DNA of 64,000 bases from Armatimonadota bacterium. GTDB lineage: Bacteria > Armatimonadota > SYMT01. Shown piece after piece: positions 1-9,943 of this stretch. The first letter of the stretch is position 1, and each line of letters starts with the position of its first letter. The DNA is taken from assembly GCA_041690135.1 (NCBI GenBank), contig JAWLHY010000006.1, positions 64,001 through 128,000 on the forward strand, written 5' to 3'. Position numbers and translations under genes: made by a program. The notes under the pieces were generated by a model. That model saw only the letters and a list, made by a program, of their open reading frames with translations, had not been told where the DNA came from and searched no databases.

Positions 1-207
1 GGCGGCTTGATTCACGCCCACATCCACCACGACACCGCGAACTACGCATTTGTGGATGGACACGTGAAGGCGTTCCGCTACCAGGACATCGCGGCGAACG
101 AAGTCTACAACGGCGGTGGCCCCAACGGAGTAGATCGCAAGGCGCCCCCGAAAGCCAACATGGACTACAACTGCGACGGCAACGTCGGTGGCACGGCTTA
201 CGACTAA
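1..207 (+). CDS. 3' end of prepilin-type / DUF1559-like protein with H-X9-DG motif (5'-truncated by window)
   Basis: Translation HHDTANYAFVDGHVKA matches the H-X9-DG C-terminal motif; frame open from base 1. Confidence 0.75.
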   Translation, partial: GGLIHAHIHHDTANYAFVDGHVKAFRYQDIAANEVYNGGGPNGVDRKAPPKANMDYNCDGNVGGTAYD

Positions 208-240
208 GGCCGACGCCAAGCACTAGGGTCCGTGACCTGG

Positions 241-271
241 AAAAGGCCGAGCCGGCTGGCTCGGCCTTTTT
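241..271. terminator. Intrinsic terminator, probably bidirectional
   Basis: AAAAGGCCGAGCC-GGCT-GGCTCGGCCTTTTT perfect hairpin with A-run before and T-run after. Confidence 0.85.
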
Positions 272-404
272 GCATTCCGGCGGGCGACCTTCCTTCGACC
301 TCAGTACGTACAGGGGACCGGCACAAGGGGTTTGGGGGATGCTTGCCGAATGTTTCTGCGGACCAACGTGGGCATGAGCCGACAGGACCGACGGAGAGAA
401 AGCA

Positions 405-1241
405 GTGCAGGCCCCACCCCAGTTCAAGACCATTCCCACCCAGGATGAGCTCGGCCGCGTCGAGCGGGACCTCCGGTTCCATCCCAGCCCCGTCACCGAG
501 CCCAAAGCCCTCGCGCGCGAGGAGATCGACCGGTTCAACCGGGAAGGATACCTCAAGGGCTACCGGATCTTTAGTGAAGATGAAATGGCGGACCACCGCG
601 CCTATTTCGATCGCCTGCTGGAGGAGGCGATGGCGGCCGGGGGCAGCAGCTACTCGATCAGCACCGCCCATCTCAAGCACGGCAAGGTTTACGATCTCCT
701 GACGCATCCCCGCATCGTCGCCATGGTCCAGGACCTGCTGGGGGAAAACGTAATCGGCTGGGGCTCCCACTACTTCTGCAAGCTGCCCCATGACGGCAAA
801 GTCGTCAACTGGCACCAGGATGCCAGCTACTGGCCCCTCACCCCTTCCAAAGCCGTTACGGTGTGGCTCGCGATCGATGATGCCGACCGCGAAAACGCCT
901 GCATGAAGTACCTGGCAGGTACTCACCACTACGGCCACCTCACCTACCGCCTCACCGAAGACGGCGAGGACGCGGTGCTCAACCAGGTGGTGGAGAACGT
1001 GGAGCAGTTCGGCGATCCCGTGTACGTCGAATTGAAGGCGGGTGAGTGCTCGATCCATTCGGACTTGCTGCTCCACGGCTCCGAAGCCAACACCTCGGGG
1101 CGACGGCGCTGCGGGTTAACCCTCCGCTACTGCGCCGCGGACGTCCACGCCGGCCTGGACTGGAACCAGAAGGGGGTGCTGGTGAGTGGCGTCGACCCGA
1201 CGGGCCATTGGTCCAACCATCCCCGGCCAAGCTCGGAGTGA
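405..1241 (+). CDS. Phytanoyl-CoA dioxygenase (PhyH) family Fe(II)/2OG dioxygenase
   Basis: WHQD...H...R motifs (VNWHQDASYW, LLHGSEAN, RRCGLT); GGAGAG before GTG. Confidence 0.9.
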   Translation: MQAPPQFKTIPTQDELGRVERDLRFHPSPVTEPKALAREEIDRFNREGYLKGYRIFSEDEMADHRAYFDRLLEEAMAAGGSSYSISTAHLKHGKVYDLLTHPRIVAMVQDLLGENVIGWGSHYFCKLPHDGKVVNWHQDASYWPLTPSKAVTVWLAIDDADRENACMKYLAGTHHYGHLTYRLTEDGEDAVLNQVVENVEQFGDPVYVELKAGECSIHSDLLLHGSEANTSGRRRCGLTLRYCAADVHAGLDWNQKGVLVSGVDPTGHWSNHPRPSSE

Positions 1242-1475
1242 GGATCTCCTTCATCCGGAGCCATCGCACGCAATGCGCAACTGGCCTGGCCATAGCTGTC
1301 CGGTAGTGGACTATGTCATCCTGAACGGATGCCGGCCCGTATGGGTGAAGGATCTCCTTGCGAGGTTCGTCCTGGTCACCCGTGATGCCCGGTTGCATTG
1401 ACCACCAGGACCCGTGGAACGAAATCGGGTTCCGGTCGGCCCTTCACGGGAATCCGGAAGAAGTAAAGGGTTAGA

Positions 1476-2594
1476 ATGAGAGAGCCACGACACTTCGCCA
1501 GGGCCAAGGGAAGCTTGGTGATGACCGCCAATATGCTTGCCGCACTGCTGATGGCGGGGCCGGGAGCCGCCGCCGGCAAGGAGCTGCCGCCGGACGAGCC
1601 CGGGCGCCTTCCCGAGCCGACTCGCCAGCTTACCGTACCGGTGCATCGCCCGGGGCTGGCGAAGTTCGAGCCGAAGGAGGGCTGCTTTCTCGGTGCATTC
1701 GTCTATAACGAACACCACCTGGAAGGCAGTATGGCCCGCTGGGAAGAAGCCACCGGCAAGGGGCATGCTTCTTATCTACTGTACGTCGGATACGGACAGC
1801 CGTTCCCCACCGCCTGGGTGGACCAGGTCCGGGCGTTGGGCGCGGTGCCCAACATCGCCTGGGAGCCGAACCAGGGTCTCGACCAGGTGCAAGAAGACGA
1901 CTACCTCCGCAGTTGGGCGAAGGCGGCCGCCGAGTCCGGGGGGCCGGTCTTTCTGCGCTTCGCCAGCGAGATGAACGGCCCCTGGGTTCGGTATCACGGC
2001 GACCCCGAGAAATATCGTGAGAAGTTCCGGCTGGTGGCCCAGACAATGCGCCGGGAAGCGCGCAACGTGGCGATGGTGTGGACCCCCTACTGCACCCCCG
2101 CTGCCACCGCGCTCCAGTACTACCCGGGCCACTGGGCCGTGGACTGGGTGGGGGTAAACATCTACAGCGTGCATCACCACAACGGCAAGCGGGATGCTCC
2201 CGCGCACGAAGAGGACCCCACGGAGTTTCTCCAGTTCTTTTACGACCGCTTCGCCCGGCACAAGCCGATCCAGATCTCCGAGTACGCGTCCACACACTTC
2301 TGTCTTGCCTGCGACTCGGTTACGGAACAGTTCGCCATCGAGAAGATGGAGCGCCTGTACACACACCTCCAGCAGCGCTTCCCGCGCGTCAAGGGCATTT
2401 ACTGGTTCAGTTGGGACACGATCAAGGGTGGGGCGGCCGAGAACAACTACTCCCTGGTGGAGAACGCCCGCAAACTGGACGCGTATCGCCGCCTCATCCG
2501 CCCCACCTACTTTCTCCCGCGCCTGGAGGAGGGGGAATTCTACGTCCTCCGGGACGTTCCGGCGGACGACAATGCCGATCCAGGCGCGAGATGA
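1476..2594 (+). CDS. Secreted glycoside hydrolase family 26-like protein
   Basis: Signal peptide; IAWEP, LRFASEMNGPW, YYPG..VDWVG, KPIQISE motifs. Confidence 0.8.
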   Translation: MREPRHFARAKGSLVMTANMLAALLMAGPGAAAGKELPPDEPGRLPEPTRQLTVPVHRPGLAKFEPKEGCFLGAFVYNEHHLEGSMARWEEATGKGHASYLLYVGYGQPFPTAWVDQVRALGAVPNIAWEPNQGLDQVQEDDYLRSWAKAAAESGGPVFLRFASEMNGPWVRYHGDPEKYREKFRLVAQTMRREARNVAMVWTPYCTPAATALQYYPGHWAVDWVGVNIYSVHHHNGKRDAPAHEEDPTEFLQFFYDRFARHKPIQISEYASTHFCLACDSVTEQFAIEKMERLYTHLQQRFPRVKGIYWFSWDTIKGGAAENNYSLVENARKLDAYRRLIRPTYFLPRLEEGEFYVLRDVPADDNADPGAR

Positions 2595-2604
2595 AAGGTC
2601 GCCA

Positions 2605-3348
2605 CTAACGGACGGAGAAACCGCACCGGTGCTCGAAAGCCAGGAATCCGGGCACGTGGACAATCTGGCCGTCCGCTTCCCGGTAGTAGTTGGCGTTTAG
2701 CGGACGCGGGTACAAGAGGTCGCCGCACCGGGCGCAGCGGTTGGCCGCCTGGCATTTGCAGCGAACCCGCATCACCTGGCCCGCAAACCGGGGGTTCGGG
2801 TCGAGGCACTCCCCCTTCCACTCGCCACAGACGGGGCAGAGCTCCAGGCCGCGGGGCACGCCGTTCTCCTGAAAGCCGTTGAGGCTTTCGATCTCCTGCG
2901 GCCGGACCGGCCGCCCCCCCTTGCCGAGATCGCCGAACAGGAAGGCATCCCCGGCTTCCCGCGCCTGGAGCTGGAAGGCATCCGCCCAGGCCCCCAGGCG
3001 TTCGGACCGCCGGCGCAGCTCGGCGGTTGGCGGAAAGACTTCCACCGGCTGGAGCTCCCCGGCCACCTGGAAGCCACCCCGGGGCGGGCGGATGGAGGGC
3101 GCGGCTTCCCCGTCTTCCGTGAAGAAGAAGCAGCGGTCCGCCGCCAGCACCAGGCATGTCTCGAACCGATTGGCCTGCGCCTGGGCCTCCGCGAGGTGAT
3201 ACAGGGTCTCGACGCTGCGCTCTCCGGGCAAGAGCGAGAGGTGATAAAGGGCGGGGACAACCCGCGTCATCAAGTAGGGATAGCCGTCGAAAGCCGGCAG
3301 CGCGCGCAGGAGCGCTTCCCCCGCGCGGGGGGTCAATACAGCGTGCAT
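2605..3348 (-). CDS. Hypothetical protein with Cys/His-rich C-terminus (possible Zn-binding)
   Basis: AGGAGG RBS before ATG; CPVC, CKC, CARC, HRC. Confidence 0.65.
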   Translation of the reverse strand: MHAVLTPRAGEALLRALPAFDGYPYLMTRVVPALYHLSLLPGERSVETLYHLAEAQAQANRFETCLVLAADRCFFFTEDGEAAPSIRPPRGGFQVAGELQPVEVFPPTAELRRRSERLGAWADAFQLQAREAGDAFLFGDLGKGGRPVRPQEIESLNGFQENGVPRGLELCPVCGEWKGECLDPNPRFAGQVMRVRCKCQAANRCARCGDLLYPRPLNANYYREADGQIVHVPGFLAFEHRCGFSVR

Positions 3349-3573
3349 GGTTCCATCCTCCTTGGATAAGGCGCATCAGGAGGGTGGATATAGAAACGCC
3401 GCCGGACGCATCAGCGCACGGCGGCGTTAAGTGGAGCGGAGACTTTCTGTTCGAGTAGCACTGGCTCTCGCACATCGAGGGGAGCTTCCCTCGGGGCACC
3501 GTTGGCGTCTCCAGCCCGGTTGCCGGGTCCTTGCGGACCACTCCTGATGCAAGGAAAATATATCACGCGTTGC

Positions 3574-4236
3574 CTAGCCGCGCCCGACGTTGAGAATTGC
3601 CTTCAGGGGCCCCACCACCACGATAATATCGTCGTGGTTGAGCAGCGTCGTGTGATCGAGGGGCAGCACCTGTCCCGCGGGCGTCAGGTGCGCCAGGATC
3701 TTCAGGCTGGATTGGTGTAGATCGCTCCACTGTGCCAGGGTGGTGCCGGCCCGCTTCTCGGGCACCTTGAGAGCGCCCAGTTCCCGATCGTGGGCGAGGT
3801 CGATCCACTCCACCAGATGGGGAGACTGCAGCGCTTCCGCCAGGTGCGTGCCGGCGTCCCGCTCGGGAAACACGATCCGATCGACTCCCAGTCGCTGGAG
3901 AACGCGCGCGTGCTGCTCGCTGGCCGCCTTGGCCACGATCTGCTTCGCCCCCAGTTGCTGGAGGTTCAGTACCAGCAGGATGCTGCTCTCCATGCTGGTG
4001 CCGCGACTCACAATACAGACATCGAAATCGGGAACACCGACGGTCGCCAACGCTTCTTCGTCGCTGGCATCGAGTTGAACGGCGTGCCCGAGTCGGTCCC
4101 GCGCGGTCTGCACCACCTCCGCGCTCAGGTCCACCCCAACCACGTCCCAGCCCAGGGCCACCAGGCGGCAGGCCGCGGCGGTCCCAAAGCGTCCGAGGCC
4201 GACGACCAGCGCGCTGCTCTTTCTCTGTCTCCTCAT
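3574..4236 (-). CDS. ktrA: TrkA/KtrA-type RCK potassium uptake subunit
   Basis: GLGRFG Rossmann motif, VFPERDAG; 4-nt overlap with upstream ktrB. Confidence 0.85.
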   Translation of the reverse strand: MRRQRKSSALVVGLGRFGTAAACRLVALGWDVVGVDLSAEVVQTARDRLGHAVQLDASDEEALATVGVPDFDVCIVSRGTSMESSILLVLNLQQLGAKQIVAKAASEQHARVLQRLGVDRIVFPERDAGTHLAEALQSPHLVEWIDLAHDRELGALKVPEKRAGTTLAQWSDLHQSSLKILAHLTPAGQVLPLDHTTLLNHDDIIVVVGPLKAILNVGRG

Positions 4237-5648
4237 CCCAGGGGCACTCTCTCTTCGGGATAATGCCGCTTCGGCGGCGGGCCCGGCACGGTCCAGGCGT
4301 TGGCCAGCGTGATGGTGCCGACCCGCCCAATAAACATGAGGACCATAATCACCAATCGGCCCGGCTCGCTGAGGAGCGGCGTGATTCCGGTGCTCAGTCC
4401 CACGGTGGCGAAGGCGGACATCGCTTCGAACTGGATGCGCACGAAAAGGTTATCGCGGATGCCGCCCGCCGCGATGACTGCAGGCTCGGTAAACACCAGA
4501 ATCAGGGTCCCCGCGATCAGCACCGCCAGCGCCAACACGATCAGGGCGAGGGCGCGGAACACGACATCGATGGGAATCCGCCGGTTGAAGACCTCCGCTT
4601 CCACATGGCCGCGTAGTGAAGCGTAAACGGCGGCGGCGGTTACCGCCACGGTGGTTGTCTTGATGCCACCACCGGTGCCCGCCGGAGAGGCACCGATCAC
4701 CATCAGCACCCCCATCACCATGAGGGTGATCGAGCGGAGGTGGTTGAAATCCACGGTCGCGAACCCGGCGGTACGCGTCGTCACCGATTGGAAGAGGGCC
4801 ACCAACACCTTCTCCCCGAGCGGCATGGGCCCCAGGGTCTGGCGGTTGGTCCATTCCGTAGCCAGAATGGTGAGAAACCCGAACAGGATCAGCGCTCCGG
4901 TCGCACCCAACACCAATCGGGTGTGGAGCGACAGCAAGCGCCGCGGCCGGAATCGGAGCAGTTCCAGGCAAACGGCGAAACCCAGCCCACCGATGATGAT
5001 GAGGGCCATCACCGTGAGATTCACCACCCAATCCGCCCGATAGCCCGCCAGGCTGCCGAAAGGGCCATAGTCCCGACCGAACAGGTCGAAGCCCGCGTTG
5101 CAGAAGGCGGAGATGGACGTAAATACCGCCCACCAGGCCGCTTCGCCCGGCTCGCGGCCCGGCTCTTGTGCGAAGCGGACCAGGAGAATCAACGCGCCGA
5201 CCGCTTCCACCGTAAAGGTAAAGGCCACGGCGCCGCGGAGCAAGCGCAGGGTATCGCTCAGGGTCACCTCGCCCAGCGTCTCCCGCAGGAGCAGGCGTGA
5301 GTGGAGATCGGGTTGCCGGCGGAACAGCACGATCAGCATCGTGGAGGCCAGCATGTAGCCCAGGCCGCCGAGTTGAATCAACACCAGGATCACCACCTGA
5401 CCCACGGGGGACCAGTACGTGGCGGTGTCCACCACCGCCAGCCCGGTAACGCAGGCGGCCGAAGTAGCCGTGAAGTAGGCAGTGCTCCACTCCGGCACTC
5501 CTTCCTGCGCGCAGATCGGCAGGCGCAGCACCATGCCGCCTAGCAGGATCATGATCAGGAACAGGAGCACGAGCGTCCGCGCGGGGTGCTGCGGCCGCAC
5601 GAACACCTCGTGGCTGGTTGGCAGTAAAGTATGGTAGCGACGGCGCAT
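4233..5648 (-). CDS. ktrB: TrkH/KtrB potassium uptake membrane subunit
   Basis: SAACVTGL, SAFCNAGF, TRTAGF, SAFATVGLSTG pore loops; start chosen at MRRRYH. Confidence 0.9.
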   Translation of the reverse strand: MRRRYHTLLPTSHEVFVRPQHPARTLVLLFLIMILLGGMVLRLPICAQEGVPEWSTAYFTATSAACVTGLAVVDTATYWSPVGQVVILVLIQLGGLGYMLASTMLIVLFRRQPDLHSRLLLRETLGEVTLSDTLRLLRGAVAFTFTVEAVGALILLVRFAQEPGREPGEAAWWAVFTSISAFCNAGFDLFGRDYGPFGSLAGYRADWVVNLTVMALIIIGGLGFAVCLELLRFRPRRLLSLHTRLVLGATGALILFGFLTILATEWTNRQTLGPMPLGEKVLVALFQSVTTRTAGFATVDFNHLRSITLMVMGVLMVIGASPAGTGGGIKTTTVAVTAAAVYASLRGHVEAEVFNRRIPIDVVFRALALIVLALAVLIAGTLILVFTEPAVIAAGGIRDNLFVRIQFEAMSAFATVGLSTGITPLLSEPGRLVIMVLMFIGRVGTITLANAWTVPGPPPKRHYPEERVPLG

Positions 5649-5739
5649 GAGTCTGCGGCAGTTATACTCGAACCGGTCCACCGGTTGGCAATCCCCTACC
5701 GAACTTGCCGACGCGTTCAGGGATAGGAAAGAACTTGCC

Positions 5740-5760
5740 GATAAGGATAAAGAGAAAGAG
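5740..5760. repeat. Hexamer array, GA-rich on + strand
   Basis: GATAAG GATAAA GAGAAA GAG. Confidence 0.55.
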
Positions 5761-5915
5761 GGTTGAGCCGGAGAAGACTCTGCCGCAGGTCTCCCTCCAA
5801 TTCCTATTTGCTGCAGCCCACCGTCCGGTGCCGCTAACCACCCTATCCTGTGGACCTCGCTGCATTCTACTTGCTCTTCCTTACAACCATAATCATCGCT
5901 CGGTAGTATCCACAA

Positions 5916-5963
5916 CTTATCCTTTTCTTCATACTCATCGCTATCCTAGTCCTGGTCCTAATC
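5916..5963. repeat. Hexamer array, CT-rich on + strand (8 units)
   Basis: CTTATC CTTTTC TTCATA CTCATC GCTATC CTAGTC CTGGTC CTAATC. Confidence 0.7.
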
Positions 5964-5985
5964 GGCGAAGCCACCCGGAGTTGCT

Positions 5986-7197
5986 ATGGCAGCACACAAC
6001 CTGAAATCCCTGACCCTGGGTCGCGCGACCCTCCTCACGGCCACCGTCGCCGCCTGTGCCGCCGGGGCGATGATGCCAACGATGCGGGCGGGCGCCGCCC
6101 AACCCGATACGAAAGGCCGGAAAATGCTCGTCTACATCGGCACTTACACCCAGCGCGGCAGCGAGGGGATCTACCGGTTTCAACTCGACACCGAGACCGG
6201 AGCCCTCACCGCCCCAATGGTCGCGGCGAAAACTCCCAACCCCTCGTTCCTGGCCCTGCACCCGAGCGGCCGCTATCTCTACGCATGCAACGAGACGACC
6301 AGCTACCAGGGTACGAAAAGCGGCTCGATCAGCGCCTTCGCCGTGGATCCCAACACCGGCGATCTCACCTTTCTCAACCAGCAGTCGTCGCGCGGTGGGG
6401 CTCCCTGCCACGTAGTGGTGGATAAGCTGGGGAAGAACGTGCTGGTCGCCAACTACGTGGGCGGCAACGTCGCCAGCCTACCGGTACAGGCCGACGGTAA
6501 GCTGGGCGAGGCGACCGGATTCGTGCAGCACCAGGGCTCGAGCGTGAATCCCCGCCGCCAGGAAAGCCCGCATGCGCACTCCATCAACCTGGATGCGGCG
6601 AACCGTTTCGCCTTTGCGGCCGACCTGGGCCTGGACAAGGTGCTGATCTACCGGTTCGACTCGGCGACGGGCAACCTGACTCCGAACACGCCTGGGTACG
6701 CCAGCGTCGATCCGGGTTCCGGGCCGCGACATTTCACCTTCCACCCCTCCGGCAAGTTCGCCTACGTCATCAACGAGATGCTCTCGACCGTGACGATGTT
6801 CCACTACAATGCCGAAAAGGGAGCGCTCGACCGGATCCAGGCGATCACCACGCTGCCCGACGATTTCAAGGGGAACACCAGCACCGCGGAGGTACAGGTG
6901 CACCCATCCGGCAAGTTCCTGTATGGCTCGAACCGCGGTCACGACAGCATCGCCATCTTCACCATCGATCCTTCCACGGGCCTCCTCCGCAAGGCAGGAC
7001 ACCAGTCCACGGGCGGGAAGACACCGCGTAACTTTGGGATCGATCCGAGCGGCAAGTTCCTGCTGGCGGCCAATCAGGACTCCGGTACGGTGAACGTCTT
7101 CCGTATCGACGCCAGCACCGGAGCCCTCACGCCCACGGGACATTCCGCCCAGGTGCCGATGCCGGTGTGCGTGAAGTTCGTGACCCCGGCGGAGTAG
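5986..7197 (+). CDS. Secreted lactonase family protein (6-phosphogluconolactonase-like beta-propeller)
   Basis: YIGTYT, NPSFL, VANY.GG, HAH, GPRH, SNRGHDSI, PRNF. Confidence 0.92.
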   Translation: MAAHNLKSLTLGRATLLTATVAACAAGAMMPTMRAGAAQPDTKGRKMLVYIGTYTQRGSEGIYRFQLDTETGALTAPMVAAKTPNPSFLALHPSGRYLYACNETTSYQGTKSGSISAFAVDPNTGDLTFLNQQSSRGGAPCHVVVDKLGKNVLVANYVGGNVASLPVQADGKLGEATGFVQHQGSSVNPRRQESPHAHSINLDAANRFAFAADLGLDKVLIYRFDSATGNLTPNTPGYASVDPGSGPRHFTFHPSGKFAYVINEMLSTVTMFHYNAEKGALDRIQAITTLPDDFKGNTSTAEVQVHPSGKFLYGSNRGHDSIAIFTIDPSTGLLRKAGHQSTGGKTPRNFGIDPSGKFLLAANQDSGTVNVFRIDASTGALTPTGHSAQVPMPVCVKFVTPAE

Positions 7198-7302
7198 CGC
7201 CACCAAAACGCCCAAACCGGCGGTGGCTTCGCTATCGTCTAAGAGATTGGTGAGTTAGCAGCGGGCCCAGTCCGTCCCCACCTGGGCCCGCTTCCCATTG
7301 TT

Positions 7303-8682
7303 ATGACCAGATCCGCGCTTACCGGCCTTTCCACTGTCCTCATCCTCGGCTCCCTATCCGTGCTGCCCGCCGCGCACGGCGCCAAACGGGTGGTGCTGCC
7401 GCCCCGGCTCCAGGAGTTCCCCAACGCCTCCGGCAGCGAAGCGACCTACGCCACGGGTGCGCGGGTCGAGCCCAGCCATCCCTTCTTCCAGAGCCTGGGA
7501 ACGAATGGCCGGTCGTGCGGCAGTTGTCACGATCCCGCGGCTGGTTGGACCCTCACCCCCGCCCTGGCCCAGGCCCGGTTCGCGACTACGAATGGTCTCG
7601 ACCCCCTCTTCCGGCTGCACGACGGCGCCAATTCGCCCCTGGCGGATGTCTCCACCCCGGAAGCCCGGGCTGCGGCGTACAGCATGCTGCTCACCCGCGG
7701 CGTGATCCGTATCGAATTGCCGGTGCCTGCCGACGGGGAGTTTGAAGTAACGGCGGTGGACGATCCCTACGGTTATGCCAATGCGGAGCGCCTTTCGCTC
7801 TTCCGGAGGCCGCTTCCCGCCACGAACCTCAAGTTCCATATCCAGGTAATGTGGGACGGACGGAATACGCAGCCGACCGGCGACCTGGTGGCCGGCCTGC
7901 GCGCGCAGGCGCAGGGGGCCCACACCGGGCACGCGCAGGGCACGCCCCTGGGCGACGAAGCGCTCCAGTCGCTCGTGGATTTCGAGCTGGGCCTCTTCTC
8001 CGCGCAGATTAAGGACTCTCTCGCCGGAGCCGTGGACCGCGGCGGGGTGCGCGGTGGGCCCCGGCCGCTCGTGAAGCAGAAGTTCTACCCGGGCATCAAC
8101 AACCCGTTCGAGCTCGATCCGAAGCGGAAGAAGTTCAACCCCAACGTCTTCCAGCTCTTCAAGAAGTGGCAGCGTTACCCCGCGATCCATAAGAAACCGC
8201 AACTTGCTGCCCGGGGCAACGTGGGACGCGGAGAGAAGCTGTTCAACACGTTCCCGATCAACATCTTCGGGGTCCGCGGGCTGAACGACGTCCGGGGGCA
8301 GACGGTCATTCAGGGCACCTGCGCCACCTGCCACAACGTGCCCAACGTGGGCACGTTCTCGCTGGACCAGACGATGAACATCGGGACGGAACTCCTCTTT
8401 CCGCGCCAGCCCGATCAGCCGCTTTACACTCTCCGGAACAAGAACACGCTGGAAGTGACCCAGACCACCGATCCGGGTCGCGCCCTCATCACCGGAAAGT
8501 GGGAAGACGTGGGCAAGTTCAAAACACCTTCCCTGCGCGGTTTGGCGAGCCGCGCCCCGTATTTCCACGATGGCTCCGCGGAGACGCTGGAAGAAGTGGT
8601 CGATTTCTACGTCCGCCGCTTCGGGGTGGCCATGAACCAGCAGCAGGTGCGGGACATCGCCGCCTTCCTACGCGCGTTGTGA
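7303..8682 (+). CDS. Di-heme cytochrome c (cytochrome c peroxidase/MauG-like)
   Basis: Signal peptide; CGSCH and CATCH; FKTPSLRG..APYFHDGS. Confidence 0.85.
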   Translation: MTRSALTGLSTVLILGSLSVLPAAHGAKRVVLPPRLQEFPNASGSEATYATGARVEPSHPFFQSLGTNGRSCGSCHDPAAGWTLTPALAQARFATTNGLDPLFRLHDGANSPLADVSTPEARAAAYSMLLTRGVIRIELPVPADGEFEVTAVDDPYGYANAERLSLFRRPLPATNLKFHIQVMWDGRNTQPTGDLVAGLRAQAQGAHTGHAQGTPLGDEALQSLVDFELGLFSAQIKDSLAGAVDRGGVRGGPRPLVKQKFYPGINNPFELDPKRKKFNPNVFQLFKKWQRYPAIHKKPQLAARGNVGRGEKLFNTFPINIFGVRGLNDVRGQTVIQGTCATCHNVPNVGTFSLDQTMNIGTELLFPRQPDQPLYTLRNKNTLEVTQTTDPGRALITGKWEDVGKFKTPSLRGLASRAPYFHDGSAETLEEVVDFYVRRFGVAMNQQQVRDIAAFLRAL

Positions 8683-9708
8683 GAGGGCCGCGTCCAGGTT
8701 GTCCGCGTAAACTTTAAACCCCGCGGCGAACAGGTGGAGCCCATCCGGGTAGTAGCGCGGATCCTTCGGGGAGAGGTCCCCTACTACTTCCAAGCGGGGG
8801 GAATAAGCTTGCAACCGTTCCCGCAGCGTGTCACGGACACGGCGGACGCGGTCGCCCGCCTCCCGATTAAGGGGAACCCCCATGAAGTCCGGCGGCCCCT
8901 TTCCTTCTTCGCACGGCTTGTAGGACGGCAATAGCCAGGCCACGCGCACGTGACCGCCGGAAAGCGCCATTTCCGCCAGCCTTGCAGCCTGCTCACCCAC
9001 CGTTCCCACGTCGCTCTCGTTCCAGGCGTGGTTGCTGCCTAGGGCAATCGTCACCAGGTCCCACCGGCGGTCGGCCAGGGCCCAATCCACCACTCCCGGC
9101 TCGACCTTCAACCCACCGACCCCGAGGTTCCATGCCGGCAGGTCCCAGCGACGCATCAACCGGTGCACCCAGTTCTGTGTGGGGCACTGCACCGAGAAGC
9201 CCTGGGTCAGGCTGTCGCCGATCGCCAGCCAGCGAGCCCTGGGAGGCTCGCCGGCCTGGACGACGCTTCCCTCCGCCACTGCCACCCCCGCAACGCCGCA
9301 GGTGGAGATGAGCGGCAGCCAGAGCATCACCGTGGCAGGCTCTCCCCCCCGCTCCAGTCCGGTGGGAAAGCTCACCGCCACGTCGCCCGCCTGCTCGCGC
9401 AGGTCGAGGCTGGAGGAGGCCTGCCAGCAGCCATCCGCACGACGGATTTCACAGGCGACTCCCTGCGGCACCAACTGGTGATGGCGGAGGCGCTGCAGGT
9501 GCAACTCGACGGTGGGACTGTCGGTGTGGAGAACGACTGCGCAACCGCTGGATGAGCGCAGATTGGCCAGTGGCCCGATCTTTCCCGCCACGGCATCGTA
9601 AGCCGAGCGGGGGAAACGCTCCAGTCGGGGGTCCGTGCGGAGACGGTCGAACGGTTGAGGACAGTAATAGCCGAGGCGGGGGTCGTCCGGTGCAAGCAGG
9701 TGCGTCAT
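8668..9708 (-). CDS. SGNH/GDSL hydrolase
   Basis: IGDSLTQG, NLGVGG, LGSN, DGLH blocks; start chosen at MTHLL. Confidence 0.85.
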   Translation of the reverse strand: MTHLLAPDDPRLGYYCPQPFDRLRTDPRLERFPRSAYDAVAGKIGPLANLRSSSGCAVVLHTDSPTVELHLQRLRHHQLVPQGVACEIRRADGCWQASSSLDLREQAGDVAVSFPTGLERGGEPATVMLWLPLISTCGVAGVAVAEGSVVQAGEPPRARWLAIGDSLTQGFSVQCPTQNWVHRLMRRWDLPAWNLGVGGLKVEPGVVDWALADRRWDLVTIALGSNHAWNESDVGTVGEQAARLAEMALSGGHVRVAWLLPSYKPCEEGKGPPDFMGVPLNREAGDRVRRVRDTLRERLQAYSPRLEVVGDLSPKDPRYYPDGLHLFAAGFKVYADNLDAALSQRA

Positions 9709-9943
9709 GGTGCATCCGGCAGCCCAGGTGAAATTGGCCCATCGCGGCGGGATGGCTGGCTGCCCGACGACAGTATAACGCGCTCCCGTCTCTTCGCGTT
9801 GCCGGCGAGCCGCACTACGAGTGTTTTCCTGACATAGCAAACGGCGTGCCCATCATCCTCCAACGGCGCGGGGGCATAAATGACGTGTAAGACTGCAGCC
9901 TGTGGGCAAAAGAGCATACGAGAGCTAATCCAGCCTAAACTGA

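Noticed and set aside
5649-5915. c-di-AMP (ydaO) riboswitch or N-terminal extension upstream of ktrB
   Set aside because: No ydaO consensus elements seen; the extension translates hexamer-repeat DNA (SLSLSASS).
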